Source: Octopus sinensis
Taxonomy: Eukaryota
Reading direction: 5' to 3'
Assembly (NCBI RefSeq): GCF_006345805.1
Contig: NC_042997.1
Coordinates: 51,398,001-51,462,000, forward strand
DNA length: 64,000 nucleotides
Part shown: positions 28,897 to 43,517 of the stretch, piece after piece
How the letters are laid out: every line of letters begins with the position of its first letter
Numbering within the stretch: the stretch's first letter is position 1
The notes under the pieces: generated by a model
The model's database searches: none
Told to the model about the DNA's origin: nothing
What the model saw: only the letters and a program-made list of their open reading frames with translations
Translations under genes and position numbers: made by a program

Positions 28897-29168
28897 AATG
28901 GTACAACAATGCACTATAATGCAAACAGTGGGCTATATATCTGTTGTAATTTAACCACCCATAGTCTGATAATATTTCAGAATAAAATTCCTTCCTCAGA
29001 TATCCCTAGCAATTGATGGGCTCGCTGCTATAATCAGTTTTGACTCCATCAATTCCTAGGGATATCTGAGGAAGGAATTTTATTCTGAGATATTATCAGA
29101 TTATGAATGGTTAAATTACAACAGGTATATAGCCCATTGTTTGTATTATAGTGCATTGCTGTACCATT
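28897..29168. repeat. foldback palindrome (about 123-bp arms, 26-nt loop) with hammerhead-like cores; right arm extends to about 29227
   Basis: aatggtac...gatatccctagcaattgatgg / ccatcaattcctagggatatc...gtaccatt. Core CTGAGGA-A-GGAAT-TTT-ATTCT-GAAA on the - strand at 28975-28999. Confidence 0.9.
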
Positions 29169-29812
29169 CAAAACATTTTATTCTTTACAAACAATGCACA
29201 ATGCTTCAAGCGAACTACAATACTCTCTTATTATTCATATTTTTATAGTAATTATAAAAATACAAATTATGAAAAAAGATAATAATTTTGTTAATTCAGT
29301 CCCTCTTTGCATACTATAAATGTCTAGATTATACTACATACTGTCAATATCTAGATTGGCTTGAAGCTTTACTGGCTTCCACTGAAAGTTAGAGTTTTAT
29401 AATATTTCTCTTAAGTGCTGGTACTTGGTCTTTAGCAGAAAAAAAAAGTAAATCTACTCTTGGATAGGACACCAATTTACCTTTACTAACATTTCCAGTT
29501 GATATGGTACTATTTACTGATAGTTATGTGAACTGAGGTATATATTGTGTCCAAGTACACAATGAAATACAATGGATTTCTGTTGAAGTACATACTGACT
29601 ATTTTTATTCTAAAGGAATGGAGAAGTTGTTGTTATCCTTCAGACAATTTCTACTGAGTTTAAGAGTGTATGTGTTTTATATTTGTTATACATAATAGTG
29701 GAACTGTGAATGCAACCGACATCCGGAAATGTTTTTGTCTTTTAAATAAGATCCCTATAGTGTCCCATTAAATTTGCTCTCGGCCCGTTTGGTGTATTCA
29801 TTACTAAAAGTT

Positions 29813-29844
<32 letters not shown>

Positions 29845-31399
29845 ATATATACTAGTAGAATTGAAGCAGCAGCCTAATCATGAAAACACAAAAGATCACT
29901 GACGCTAGCTAAATAAGATTATAAATATAAATTGCATGTAAAATAAAGCTGCCAAACTTTTGTTTTTAAAACTAAATTTTTAATAAAATTTTTCAGATAA
30001 ATATCATTGCATTCAAAAGTTGAGTACACATGCACCACTACATTATGTTGTCTATTGAATAATATATATCATGTGCAACATTTGGATAACACTCTAAAAC
30101 CAATATGTTTTCCTCCTCTCCATTTAAATTTACTAATAAAATCTTAGTTTTATTCGTTAAGTTTTTTAAGAAAAAGAAGGAAAAATGTTTTTCACAATTT
30201 TATAATGTCTTCTTCCTTAAAGTTTAAAATTTAAGATAAAAGTAAATTGAATTAATTCTTAATGCACTTCATTTGTTATTCAGTTTATCGTAAGCTAAAG
30301 TATATGATTTGTTAATACGGTGTAAATACAAAACAAATCTCAGTCTAATTTAAACAATATGACACCTCTATAGGTATCAGAAGGGCTTACTACTTTGCTC
30401 ATTTTGCTTATATCTATTTTTAAATGTAGTTAGCTCCAGTTCACTGCTTTTTGTCATCTTTTTATGATGAAATTTATGCATGTTAGATATATATATTTAG
30501 CTTGCTAATTATGCATGACTAAGTGCATGTGATGTATATATTCATACATTTTAAAATTTAACACTATATTTTCTAATTTCATTTTTTTTTTATTTTGTTC
30601 TTTATATCAAATGCTTCAGAATATAAAGGTATTAGGAATAAATTTTCTTTCAAGTTGTAATATTTTCATAAATATCGCTTGAAGTAAAATTTAGAGACAA
30701 AGAGGGAAAGAAGGAATTTATAAAATGATTTATATATTATATTTCATTAGTTATTTGATCTTCTAAAACAATGCCAGCATCATTGTCTTAACATTAAAGA
30801 TTGAGCACAAAGACAATATGTTGTACTTCTCATTTAATTCAACATTTTTCTGAATGCTCTTTACATATTCTTTTTAATCGACTTACAAGCCAATAAAGAC
30901 TTCAAAGCCTTTTCTTTACATAATTTTTCTTACACACAAAATATTAGTCTTCTACTTCATATACTAGGTGGCTATTGTATTTTTTTTTTAGTCCAAGAGT
31001 TCAATCAAATAGTGTTAAAAGATTGTGAAAATTTTTCCCTTGCATTTGATTTTTAATTTTTAATATATTCATTTTTGAATATATTCATTTTTGGGGGAAC
31101 ATCTAATTTCGCATAAAGAGAAATTAAGTTGTATAAATAATTTTGGATTTCAGTATTTTGAAATGTTACAGAAGTCACTTATCCCCATGTTCTAGGTAAT
31201 ATTCAATCATTCTTTGATAATTTATATGCAGTAACAATTCAAACATGAGTATGCGTGGATTCTAAATTATAGCTCTTTAACATCATTACATCATTCAACA
31301 CTGAAAAAGTTATTATCTTCAATAAATTTTTTTGTTATGTTATATTTTAAGAAAGTATTTTTTGTGAAATTATTTGTACCATTTTATAGAATTGTAGGA

Positions 31400-33545
31400 A
31401 ATTCAGTAAATAAATTAAGAAATATACTGGACCACATAGCAACCACTATGACATAAAGCACATTTATCCATGATACTAATTTCTGTCCAGATTACAATCT
31501 ATACTTCAACTTTGATCCAAAAGCAGATGTCACTGCATAGGTAGAATTCATTCTCCCTACCCTCACTTCTCTTGTTGAATCACAGCAACAGTGATTTCCA
31601 GTCTTTTTTCCCTTGTTTCCTTAATTCATGGCTATCTTTTCCCAAACATTTTCAATCACTATCAACTACTTGACCATTTCACATCTTGTACTGAAGACAA
31701 CTATCTCACTTCATCACTAACTAAAGTCATTTCAGAGACTTCAGTGGCATGCATAACTTCTGTTTCTTGCACTCCTTTACACTACCTAATCATCTGTTCT
31801 TTCAACTGCCTGCCTCTGTAAGCATCTTAACTATCTATTCACGTCCCTGTCAGAATGATACCTTTGATTTGTTTCTCACCTTTAAACATAATCTTTGCCA
31901 AAACATCACTGTCTCTGAACTCTTTGGATCATCCTATCACTGCCTAATCAAGGTAACCTCTTACAGCACACCACTCATGCTTCTGATACTTCAAGTCAAC
32001 TAACTGGTCAGAATCCAACTAGTTCTATATCAAGTGCCCATGGCAGCTTGTATGTTTTATTTCCACTCCCTCTGAGAAAAAGTGATTGACAGAAACCTTC
32101 CTCCTAAACATGTTCCTTCCATCCTTCACAAAACCAAATAAGACACTATACCATGCCAAAGTCTTCAAATGAGTACCACTGTATCCTGCTGTTGGCAACC
32201 AATTGCTCTTACACCCAATGTCTCAAAAGTGAATGAAGCTGTTGTTAACACACCCCTTCATCAGCTCTTTCCCTCTCTTCTCAGTGACTATAGTTTCTTT
32301 AGAGCCAGATTTACTAAGGACTTCCTCTTGAATATAACTTAACAATTTTGTAGCACTTGTCATCTGTAAAATATTTGACTGTATCTGACATGAGAAACTC
32401 CTAGCTAAGTACCCTATCCCTAAGTTGCTGTCTATATCTATTGCATTTCTTGGATTAAATGTTTCTTGTCAGACTTAACCATTATAACTTGTGCTACTGC
32501 AGGCCTATCTGACCCCCCTATTTTATCCTCTCTGTTGTACCCAAAAATTTGGTTATCTTCCTTCTGTCATTAAGGACTTGCTGTCAACACATTTCTGTAC
32601 AAATGATACCATCGTCCACTCTTCCTTAATCTTCTGCATGTTGGCATCACGCTTGAAATCACCTTTTAATCAAGCCATCATAACCTAGTCTGTTTCAACA
32701 GCTTAAATAACAGTCACTGTACAATGAAGAAAATAATAGGCATTAACTTCATTGTCTCTATGTGTGAATGACATATGACTAAAACTTCCAAAGACAATAT
32801 AAATGTTATATGTCTCACAATCTCTGATTATGTTGCATAGCAGTTACACATACATAATTCTGCCAAAACTGCATCATAAAGACTTCAATTCCTGTTTAAA
32901 GTTCTGAAAATACTTAAACCATGATCAGTTGCTAACACTCCAGAAAGTTCAAGTGAAATGACAATTGAGTTATCAACATCTTCAACAGCATTTTACTTGC
33001 ATTTTTTCATGCTGACATAGATTGGGCAGCTTATGTGAGGCAGTGTTTTTTGGCCAGATGCCTTTCTACTTGCCAGTCCTTTTAGTTACCTCTTATGACA
33101 TGTAAGGGTTTGGTGCATATCTTTTAAAACTATGATATACACGTATTACTCATATATATATATATATGTAGAATGGTGCCGCTGCCTCCCCCTCACACAC
33201 ACATACATACACACTCATACACACACACACACATACACACACACACTCACACGCACATACACAAGAAGGCTGTTTGACTGATTGTCAAAGATTCACTTGC
33301 TAAAATGTTTCATCTCTAGATCTCTTCCATCACTACTATAATAATTTTTGCCCTATTCTGAACTAGCTAGCTGCACACTCTTCGGCACCCCCATCCACCA
33401 GACCACTGTCTCTCCTCCCATTCGTGCTCGTTTTTACTTACCAAAAATTATACCACTCTGGAATACTCTCACCACCCCACTTTTCCTTCAGACATTAACC
33501 TACAGATTCTCAAGCAGAATATTAATAACTTCAGTCACACCAGTT
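31400..33545 (+). mobile_element. fragmented old LINE (CR1/jockey-like ORF2; 3' end at about 33310-33545)
   Basis: Pyrimidine-rich + strand with remnants resembling VPQ..VLSP.LFL..IKDLL..DDT (about 32520-32630) and C-terminal SELAS...F.P.II.LWNTL. Interrupted by other repeats. Confidence 0.6.
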
Positions 33546-36500
33546 TTGGAGACCTGAAAAAGGTTAAGGATACAAGCTCTCCTCTTCAGACTAACTCATA
33601 AATAAAAGCAACTTGTGTTCCTAACATGTTTTAAGTAGTAATTAGAAGGGAATTCAAGTATTTTTCAAACAATAATATACTCTTCTATTTCAGTAAGTGC
33701 ATGTTTATGGTATGAGATTTAAGGCTTGCTTTGTTGTTTTCAGTATATCACACCAAAATTTACAATATTCATAATAGTTCCTTAAAGTTCTACATTTTCT
33801 GGGTTAACATATTTATGGACATACATTAATTTATAAGCCTAGCTTCATATTTTTCTCATCTTGATGTAAATTTAAAGGAAATAGTTAGATATTGCATTTG
33901 ATATTTTAAATACTATTTTTAGTGTCTTAGTAGAATATTTAGAACTTTAAATGACTATAAAGTTTTTAAAAAATAATCTGTGTGACTTCGATTTTTTGAT
34001 TTAAAATTATATTAGAAATCTTGATATAAAATTCAATCATTAAAAATAACTGCTATAAAATTAAATTGCTTTTTATTTTCCTCATAATTTTACAATAACA
34101 ATGTAAAAAAAATTAAGAAAAGTTTAAATTGATCTAGCCATAGATTTACTGAAACACTTTAATGTTTAAATTTAAACATATTTGTCTTGTACAAATTCAT
34201 CGTCTGGAAATCATAATCTTTTCATTAATGATTAATGAAAAATGGCTTTTCAGAATTAAATTGCTGCACTAACCAGCAAAATCCTGTGCGAAGCAAAATG
34301 AAGTGCCATTACAACCAGCAACATAAAATAACTATATTAAATATTAAACTATTTTTCTTAGTTTTTGTTATAGAAATTTTAACTGAAGGGATGCATTCAA
34401 ATTTTTTGTTTTTCTTCTTGATCAACTCAAACTACATTTTTATTATATTCTCCTTTATTTTCTTGTTTCTGCTCTATCAGTTTTCAAGACATCACTTCAT
34501 TACATTCTACTAACCATTTATATATTTTATACAGATTACTTTCAAGTTACATATACCTAATCTTCCTTGTTCACCATTATCACCCAAACTCATGCATATT
34601 TACATACAATACACACATAATGACAAATGCTTATCCAAAATACTAATTTAAACATTTGCAACATCTCTTTTGCCCTAGTTAATGTTTATCAATCATTTAT
34701 CATGCATGAAATATGCTTGATATTTATGTACAAAAGTAAACAATTAGTATTTTCCAATTCTCCTTTTTCATAGTTTAATACAATCAATGTTGTGCTTTAA
34801 ACAATTTGATTTCTAGATTTTCTACTTTTTCTCATTCTCTTTACTTACTCTCATCTTTTTCCTGTTCAATTTTATTGAGATTTGACTTATAAATACTACA
34901 ACTACATGTTTTTATAGGAATGTTATTTTCACAAATATTCCATTATTTTTAAATCATAAATTACTGTATCATCTGTATATTCTTTGCTTTATAAAGGAGT
35001 CTTTTCAATTCTAGTAATTTATATTGCTTAAACACATTGAAGATTATTTTAGTTATCATGAGATTAATAGTTACATTCAAAGAACTATCATATAATCATC
35101 ACTAAATTCTTCATTTTCAACACTTGCTAAACCATTACCACAGTGTCATAGTAGCAGGGCACATATTTTAAGTTAACTTATAAATTGATTGAAATTTATG
35201 TAATTTGCATCATAATTATTAAAATGTGTTACATTGTTTGTATGAAAAGATACTCATAAAACTTTGTTTCATTGTATTCTCCAGATACTCTTGACTTTTT
35301 CTCAAAACTCTATTCTATTTCATCAGTTGTAACTATAAGCTATTTTCATTCAGTTAAAAGTTTCATTTCAGAACATATATTCTCTAACCTATATGAATTG
35401 TTGTAAACCTTTGATTTCTCTTGTTTTCTATATTAACTGATAGTTCGTCAAAAAATTAATCTCTTTACTTTATTTGATATATTGTACCACATTTTACTGT
35501 ACAGAGCTGGTTATTTAGATATTGTTTCATGGTAAAAATTTATTTACTTCATTTTATCTTTAGCTTTATTTTAAAACATCTTAGAAATAAAATAGCTCAG
35601 TCTATAAAGGTACCAATTCATGAGTTTTGAATCCAAATCCAGTTGGGAAATTTTGTTGTATCTATGCTTACATCATTGGAAAAGTACCTATTGGAAAAAT
35701 ACTGGATCAAAATACAATAAATTCATGTACCATCCATTGGGAAGATTTATCTTCATTCACTTCATGCATTGAAACTGAAGCTAAATAATGGTCTTATGAG
35801 CTTAAATAGACTTTAAGCATTTACCTTTTTAACATACCATTTTATTACATATTCCAGTTGTCTTTATTTTTTCATGAATGTTCTACTAATTTTCTTCCAA
35901 TATTCCAATAATATCTCTAGAAAAGTTGTCTTTAATTGAAGATTCCTTCAATTGTTCTTTTTAGTTGTTTCTTGTTTCCTTATATATGTTAAATATATAT
36001 AAATATTTAACATATATATATATACATGGGGAATTTTCATACTATCAGCACATATAATATAATTAACTAGCAAAGGTTTTGAAATAATGATTATTCTACA
36101 TTTCTCTACATTTTTTTTTCTTCTTTCATTAAATTTTATGCATACAGTCAAAAATGTTTTTGCTTTTAAACATTGATAAACATACTTATTAGAAGACAAT
36201 AACAAACATCCAGAGAGACACAATAATAAACTTCACCTTATCACTTTTAAATCAATATCACAGTTACATAAAATTTTAGAATTCACTCATAGAAAAATGT
36301 GGAAAGGTGGCAATTTTAGTAACTGAATGGAAAATATATATTCTACTGTAAAATTTGTCACACTTAAAAAATTTCTATGAGTAACTTCAATGGGTAGTTT
36401 GTGTTTTAAAATAAAATGTCCCTATTGTCATTACCACACATTATTTTTCTTCGAAAGCTTTTAAGTTTATTATCATTATTTACTGGAAAGGAAAACAAAA

Positions 36501-36667
36501 TACCTAACTAAAACAAGAATTTAATTGGTGAAACATAACATTGTTATTTATTTAAATGCTTTCAACATCATTTTCTTTACTTTTTTTTATTTGTATCATT
36601 ATACTTTCACATTGATATCATTAATATAATCGTACTGATCAAGATTGTATCTTTTCTTTTTTTTCAG

Positions 36668-36823
36668 CAATGGATGTGCAACATCAGAAGACATGTTATG
36701 GAAGTTAGATGCCCTTCAATCGTTTATTCGAGATTTAAGGTGGCCTGAGGAAGTTTTTGCGGAGCATCTAGACAATAGACTTAAAATTATGGCTGCCGAT
36801 ATGATTGAAGCTGCGGCCAAACG
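36668..36823 (+). CDS. CADPS: CAPS/CADPS coding exon (first found in window; 156 nt, phase 2-2)
   Basis: Acceptor ttttctttttttcag, donor CG|gtaatt. Encodes [51 protein letters not shown], matching the recalled CAPS/UNC-31 MUN/MHD segment NGS(G/A)[26 protein letters not shown]. Confidence 0.96.
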
Positions 36824-37293
36824 GTAATTATTGTACATTTAACAAGTAATTGGTATGTTGTATTGATACCATTTAACCTTACTCTTTGGAATAGAGGATG
36901 CATTTTTATACTTTGCTATATAAGAGGCTTTATATAAAAATGAGCAAAAATATAAGTACAGTACTAGACCAATTATCTGACAAGCTTGGTACCAGACATA
37001 CCCTGCTGGATTTCTGGATATTCTAGTTATCTAGAGACAACCTAAATATATACTTAAAGTATAAAATAAAGTATGAAAAGTAAAGAACTAAATTGTATTT
37101 ATGTATTCAAATTAATACACCTCTAAAGCAGGGTCTGTTTGATATTTATTAATCCAAAACTCAGAAAATAATAATCAATTGTGTTAAGTATTAATGTTTT
37201 TAATTGCTCAATTTCTAATTAATATTTATATAATTTGTAATTTTATGTAATAAATTTTATATTAAATCATTGAATAATTTGATTGCTTTTTAG

Positions 37294-37405
37294 CACTTTA
37301 AAAGCTTTTGAGACCTGGTTAAAGAAGAGTGGTAAAGGAACTGATTATATAGTTCACTCTGAGGTCTGTGTCATGATTAACGTTATCACTGATTGCAAAA
37401 ACAAG
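37294..37405 (+). CDS. CADPS: CAPS/CADPS coding exon (112 nt, phase 2-0)
   Basis: ttttag|C...AAG|gtatgt. Encodes (R)TLKAFETWLKKSGKGTDYIVHSEVCVMINVITDCKNK, in frame with the previous exon and similar to CAPS TRIAFE...STDF...CTMFNV. Confidence 0.93.
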
Positions 37406-37709
37406 GTATGTATTAAGTCAGTAATGGCTTTCTAATGCTTTATTTTTTATCTTAGCTTGGTGATTAGGTTCTAAATATTTGAATCATTAGCTAAATTTTA
37501 AATTTTGTTATTGAAAATTCAGTGTATTCATATACAAAATACATTCTTTTTCTTACCTGACTCAAATTTGTAGAACTGTTAGTTTTTGAATGGCTAGCTA
37601 ACTGCAGAATATTTGCTAGGCAACTATGTGAATTGTTGAAACATCAAATCCATTTTAGCACTTAAGGAAAAGTTTTTAAATATTTCAAAGAAGAGAATAT
37701 CCTCTTTTT

Positions 37710-37759
<50 letters not shown>

Positions 37760-39049
37760 GTTAAGTTGGGGTTTAATTAAATAAAGTGCCTGGGGTCTTA
37801 TTGAAAAACTGTCTACAAAATTACTTTTGGTTCAAGTCAACAGTTTGTTGACAGAATACTGAAAGTTGTAAATTCAGAAAAATTAGAATATGAAATGAAG
37901 TGATCTTTTAATAAAACTTGAATAGATTTGAAGCCAAAAATATAAAAGGAAACAAGACAGGCTAGATGTATTAGTAATAGAAACAATGATTCCATTTAAG
38001 AGAAAGCAGACCTAAATCTATAAAGGCATGAAAGAAACTGTATACAACTGACTAAAGAAAATATATAAAAAAACAAATTTCTGAGCAAAAATGTAAAATG
38101 TTTTTATGGTGATGGTAATGATGCTTTTTGTATGAACACCTTATCTGTGTTTCTTGTTATTACCCACTAAAGCCTATATTTGTCTATATATGTGATATAA
38201 TAATTTTTCCAGTAATATTTTTGAATACTATAGAATTTGGAAGAATTTAGTAAAATAACTTTTTTCCATTATAAACCCAGTATTTGGAAGTAACTTATGA
38301 AAAAGGATTTTGCTTAAAATAATAATGGAAAGTCTTTATTTAAATTGAACACTTTAAAACAGATAGTTTTGTACCATATAACCAGAGGTGAGTTAATGTT
38401 ACAACAAATGGTCATGTTGCTACTTCAATACTAACCATTACTACCATGAACCAATGCATTTGTCCTAACTTCTAGAGTTTTTTGTTTGTTGTTTCATAAG
38501 TCAAGAAATTGATTATTTTTTACCTCATATAATATGCTGTGTGGAAAATATTTCAAATTTATATTCTTTTTACCAAGTGATTTAATCCTATAGCAATATA
38601 TTCATTAGTAACTTTGTACTAGCTCAGTAATTGTTTTTCCCAGTTACTTGATCACATGAAAGTTTTTTCAGGGTTTTTTTTTAATTGTGAAATAATCTGT
38701 TTTATAATTGTACTAATCTTCAAATATACTAGAATACTAATTTCACTAGTGAGTAGTTCTTTTGGAAATATCATTTCATTGGTTTCACAATAACATTTTG
38801 GATTATTCTTTTTGAATGAAGTATGACTTTTATTAAAATTCTGACTAGGCAATTTAAATACTCAATAAACTCATGCGTCTCACTCAAGCTTTATAGAATC
38901 CATAGTCTTGAACTGCTTTTATTTATTTACTTATTTATTCTATTTATTTCTTTTACTGGTTTTTGGTTGGGAGTTAAGGATTATGCTATGTACTTCCCAA
39001 ACCCTCCTCTGATACTAATCAAACTATTTTAGTTAATGTTTAGCTTGTG

Positions 39050-41330
39050 GTGAAAATATGGGTAAAAAGGGAATTCCATGAGAATTCATGGACATGATGA
39101 GGGCTGATTAGAGAAAGGGGCTATTGCAGTACTTGAAGATGGGAAAACAAGAAAGAGTGACAAGAAGAGGAGAGCTGGGTGGGCTTGGGTGAAGGTGGTA
39201 TGGAAGTAGCTCTGGGGAGTAGAGACCATGATAGTAGCTGTCAGAAGAGTCAGTAGACAAGGCATGTGTGTTGATGAGTGACAATCAGCTTAGTTTTGAA
39301 TTTCATCTAGGTTGTTTTTTTATATGTAACTACAGATATGGGAGCAATATTCTATTATAGGTCTCATTTGAGCTTGTTAGAGAGTCAGCACTTGTTTAGG
39401 ACTCTAGGTATTTCCTAACTCATTTTACTATGTTGCAGATGACATTGTCAGGAAAGATCATCAGTGATTGCGAATACTAGCATTTGTAATATTTTGAAGG
39501 TTTGATTGTGTATTGTTTAAGACTAGAGAGAATGGAGTGGAGGTGTGTTTCTTTGATATGTGCATTGATTGTATTTTTGTGTTGTTGAGAGATATAAAAT
39601 TTTCATTTCTCTTTGTGAAATGTTTTCAGTATCTCTATTCTTGGAGTCAGTGCAGTAGGTTTGATGTGAGGTATCCAGAATACATATGAATGATACCTGA
39701 GTGTGGAAGGTTTAAGAGGAAGGAAAAGTAGTATTATCAGCATTGGAATAAGTTTTGTTAAAGAAGAGAGCAAATAGGTTGTTACTGTAGAGAAGGAAAT
39801 GTGAAAAACTTAATCCTCCTTGGAACACATGAGAAATGATGGGGAGTACCTTGTCAACACACTTGGGAATGATATGATTTTGCAGGAAGCTTCCGCCATT
39901 TAAGAGATTTAAGTTGTATGACATTCATAGGCAAGCAATTTAGTAAAAAGAGGTCTTTTGTGCAGGGCACAATCTTGCTGATATTCAGTGCAACAAAATT
40001 GTTTTTGCTGAATTTCTCAAGGGCAAGGAACCACTCCTAAGATGTTGGAAGTGACAGCAATAGTGTGATAGTTGGTGCAATGAGAGAGATTTCTCTTTTG
40101 TGGGATGAGATACACTGTAGCATTATCCCAAGAAAGATTCCTGTAGATGATATAAAGAGGTTGGTAAGAATAGAAGCTAGCTCTAGAGTATACTATTTGA
40201 GGATGAAGAAAATTGAATATATTCAGAGCTGATATCTTTGTTGGTTTAGAGTGGCTGGAAGTGTTTTCAGATGTGGCATGTGTCTTTGTATGGTAGGGAG
40301 GCTGGTGGAATGAATACTGAAAGTTGTAGTGAATTTTTATCTAGTGTGTGAAACATGAAAATGGATAAAAATCAAGCAGCAAACATGAAAGCTTTCTTAG
40401 CTTTCGTGTTTGCTGCTTCAGTTGTGTCATAGTGAGTTATAGGATTCTGAAAAGTTAGTGGAAATCCCTTTAGCAAAAAAATAGAAGGATTTATCACAAT
40501 TTGGAGTAGTGAGAGAGCTTTCAGACTGTGCCATATGCAACAGTATCTTTTGCTTTTTGAATGGTTGTTTTGCATCAATTTTAGCTGTGAGTAAACACCA
40601 ACAATTGGTAAGTGATAACATAGTTGTTGTAGAGAGTAAAGATAACATTTATGTGGGACTAGTGCAAGAGCAAGAAAGAATTGTGAACACTGAAATCACT
40701 GAGAGGTGGAGTGAGGTAGCTGACCTTTATACAAGATGAGAGTTGATCTATGAGTGGTTAGTAGTTGGGCGAGTTCAGTGAGCAGTAAAGATATCAAATT
40801 AATTTTAAGTTGCTGATAATCATTTAAGAAAGAGGGGCCCAGCAGAAAGAAATGGTTTTACCATGTGTACAAAGACCACTTTTCAAAGATTGAATATAGA
40901 GTGTAACTCAAAGAGAAGAAATTGGGAGATGGGCTGTAAGATAAAGAGTGAATGGTGAGGAGGAAGACATGTGGCTTATGTTTTTGGAGGAGGTGAGTGG
41001 TGGGTTCCAGTTTGCAATATTGTATTTGCTTAACAATTTTATAATGGTCTTGGTTTGAATTTGGGTTTGTTTTGGTTGTGGATGTAGGGAGAAGAGACCA
41101 TGGGTCACAAGTTGTCACTGATCACTACTTCAGTCCCTGTATGTAACCTGGTTGGGTGTTTGCTGCCACAGATGGGCTTCTTGCAATCTTATGCTTGCTA
41201 GGGCACCAGTCATGAAGTGAAGAGAAGATGTTATGGAATTAGGTACTAGCTGATAGGGTACTCTTCTGAGGCATTACCCATGGGTAATCTGTGCTGATAG
41301 GCCTTTTCTGAAAAAACTTTTCATTGCCTG
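39050..41330 (-). mobile_element. degenerate LINE (CR1/jockey-like, endonuclease plus RT)
   Basis: Minus-strand remnants VFQGG.LS...FLLYSNNL...ADNTT (decayed GVPQGSVLSP / YADD) at about 39720-39830, and YRPI-type region at about 40070. Many stops. Confidence 0.7.
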
Positions 41331-42133
41331 TATCCTCTGACAAACCATAGCACAATGTATAAAAATGCATAATGAGAATTGTCAAAAGATCATGGTGTCC
41401 TTCTGCCCAAAATTTGGCATGAATGTTTGCAACTTAGTTAATTCTTCTAAAGGTAACCATTGACCAGGGGTGGATACTGAAATGAGTGGCTTGTTGGGCA
41501 TACTGATGTCATTTTTTTTTATCATCTCTAGGTTGTAACAAAGCTGGGTTTTATGTGGTTATATTTACTTTTTATGTTTTTGTAATCAGTTTACACAATA
41601 AAATGCTGTGTTAATGCTTTAATTGTTCTATGTATCTCTTATTTTGTGACCCCTTTGTTTTTAGATGCATGAGTCATTGTAAGGGTACCATACTAGCCAA
41701 TCCATTCAAATGGACTTATTATTTTAAAGTCTTTCCCATCTGTTTCTTATTCTTTCAGAGTTTACGTCTTGTTTTTGTGTTATTTTTGTTTGGTTTTGTC
41801 TTTTACTTCCACTTAGAGTTCAGTTAACAATTTGATGATATATGCACGTGTTATTATTTTCCAGCATGGGTTTGGCATGATCAAATTTTTTCATTTGTGA
41901 TCAATACACATATTTTATTGACTGTAATTTCTATACAAACATTATGTAATTATAAAATAATATTAAATATTACTAGATTTTTATCATCTCTATAATTCAT
42001 TTCCATATAAGAGTCTTGACTCCAAAGAGAGCCTTAACACCTACATTTTGTTATTCTGGCTATATATATTAAGTACTTAGTTTAGTTTAAAGTTACTTTT
42101 TCTGTATTTTTCTTTCAGTGGTTATCTGGCTAC

Positions 42134-42165
<32 letters not shown>

Positions 42166-42329
42166 TGAAATTATTGTGTATAGTGCTCAGGTGCACTACA
42201 ACTCATCAAATGTGCATGCACAGTACATAGAATTATGTACAAAAGTCATGAAAGTGAAGAGTGTATGAGTCATGATATACAAGTTTGCATGTGCATGGAG
42301 GGGGAAATATCAGGTGTGGCGTTGGTGAA

Positions 42330-42620
42330 TTTCAGGAAGCATGGAAGTTTTAAAGGCTGCAATGTCTCAGCAACCAACAACTAATGCATGTAGTTTGTTC
42401 CATGTTTCAGCAACTCTGGGTGTGAACAAATGTTTCCAAAAGTCATGGGAGCTGTGCTGTTTTCTGACTTTGTAGGCATGCCCACATGTGTTAGACACAT
42501 GAAACTCAAAAAGGTGCTCAGGGTGGTTGTTGGCACGATGGTTAATAATTTTGTGGGTATTTACTAAGTCAGTTGCCAGATGTCGGAGCTTCATCTATGC
42601 CCAGGAAAAAAAGGCATTCA
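42330..42620 (-). mobile_element. CR1-clade LINE 3' end
   Basis: LRHLATDLVNTHKII...TCGHAYKVRKQ...KHLFTPRVAETWNKL matches the CR1 C-terminal RR.RGDLI..FKI..TRGH..KL..FFS.RV...WN.LP pattern. Confidence 0.8.
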
Positions 42621-43478
42621 GAGTATGGTAGATGCCTAAAAGTATTTGTATTATCAAGCATCAAACTTTTCATTGCACTATTAAACTACCAAATGATTAT
42701 AACAGATCTTAAATTTTATCTGTTTTGCAGTAATTTTTTAAATCCTAGAAAACTTGCTTAGTTTGATATGCTATCAACCAATTATTACATCTTTATCCCC
42801 ATCTGATGTTATTAGAAAAAACTCAACACCTTGAATATTGTTTTGCTAATACATAATATTCATTTAACTTAATTTTTGCCATTTATTGTGGCCTCTTCTA
42901 AAAGTTGTTGCAAAGAGGGTTGGTCATCACCACCTAACAATAATGGTGATTGCTAACCTATCAGTACTCCTTGTATTAGGATGATTTAGAAAGTTTACTT
43001 TGTCTCTAACATTCTGTTTGTATTTCAAAATACTTCATAGTAGGAAGTCTATCTCTGAAGGCTATTAAATAAGTCTACCCATGTGAATGTGTTAAGCCAA
43101 AGTGAGCATGATCCACTTAGAGTGAGCACGAACATGATCTCTGAAAGAAGCAGTTGTGAAATTCAATTGCTAGAAAGCATTGGTTAATTAAGTTTAAACT
43201 TTTCTACAACCTTCATTTTGTTCCTGGGAAAGACTTATATATTTTGCTTTAGCTGGAAACAGGTGCAATTCTTGCTTTGTATTTAACTACTTGATATGTA
43301 AGACTAATTCTTGCAAATTCAGATATGAGAATGAAACCCATCTCATGGTTGCTGCCATGAAAAAATAAATATAAAACAATTATAAGGCACTATTTCCTTT
43401 GGTAGGTATGACATGGAACATAGATTCCAAAACATGAAACCTTCGTTTTTGCTATATGATATTTCCACTATTTTGTAG

Positions 43479-43517
43479 GCATTGCACCTGTGTGCCTTGG
43501 ACAGCGGGGAAAATATT
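43479..43517 (+). CDS. CADPS: CAPS/CADPS small coding exon (39 nt, phase 0-0)
   Basis: ttttgtag|GCA...ATT|gtaagt. Encodes ALHLCALDSGENI, which fills the gap matching CAPS STKLCSMEMGQE. Confidence 0.9.

Noticed and set aside
29499-29537. 39-nt pseudo-exon preceded by a perfect TACTAAC
   Set aside because: Stops in all three frames, a weak donor (gtatat) and a branch point very close to the AG. A poison exon cannot be excluded but is unsupported.
41759-41797. 39-nt segment after a strong acceptor, as a mutually exclusive partner of exon 43479-43517
   Set aside because: Low-complexity T-rich peptide (SLRLVFVLFLFGF) and a very weak donor (gtcttt).
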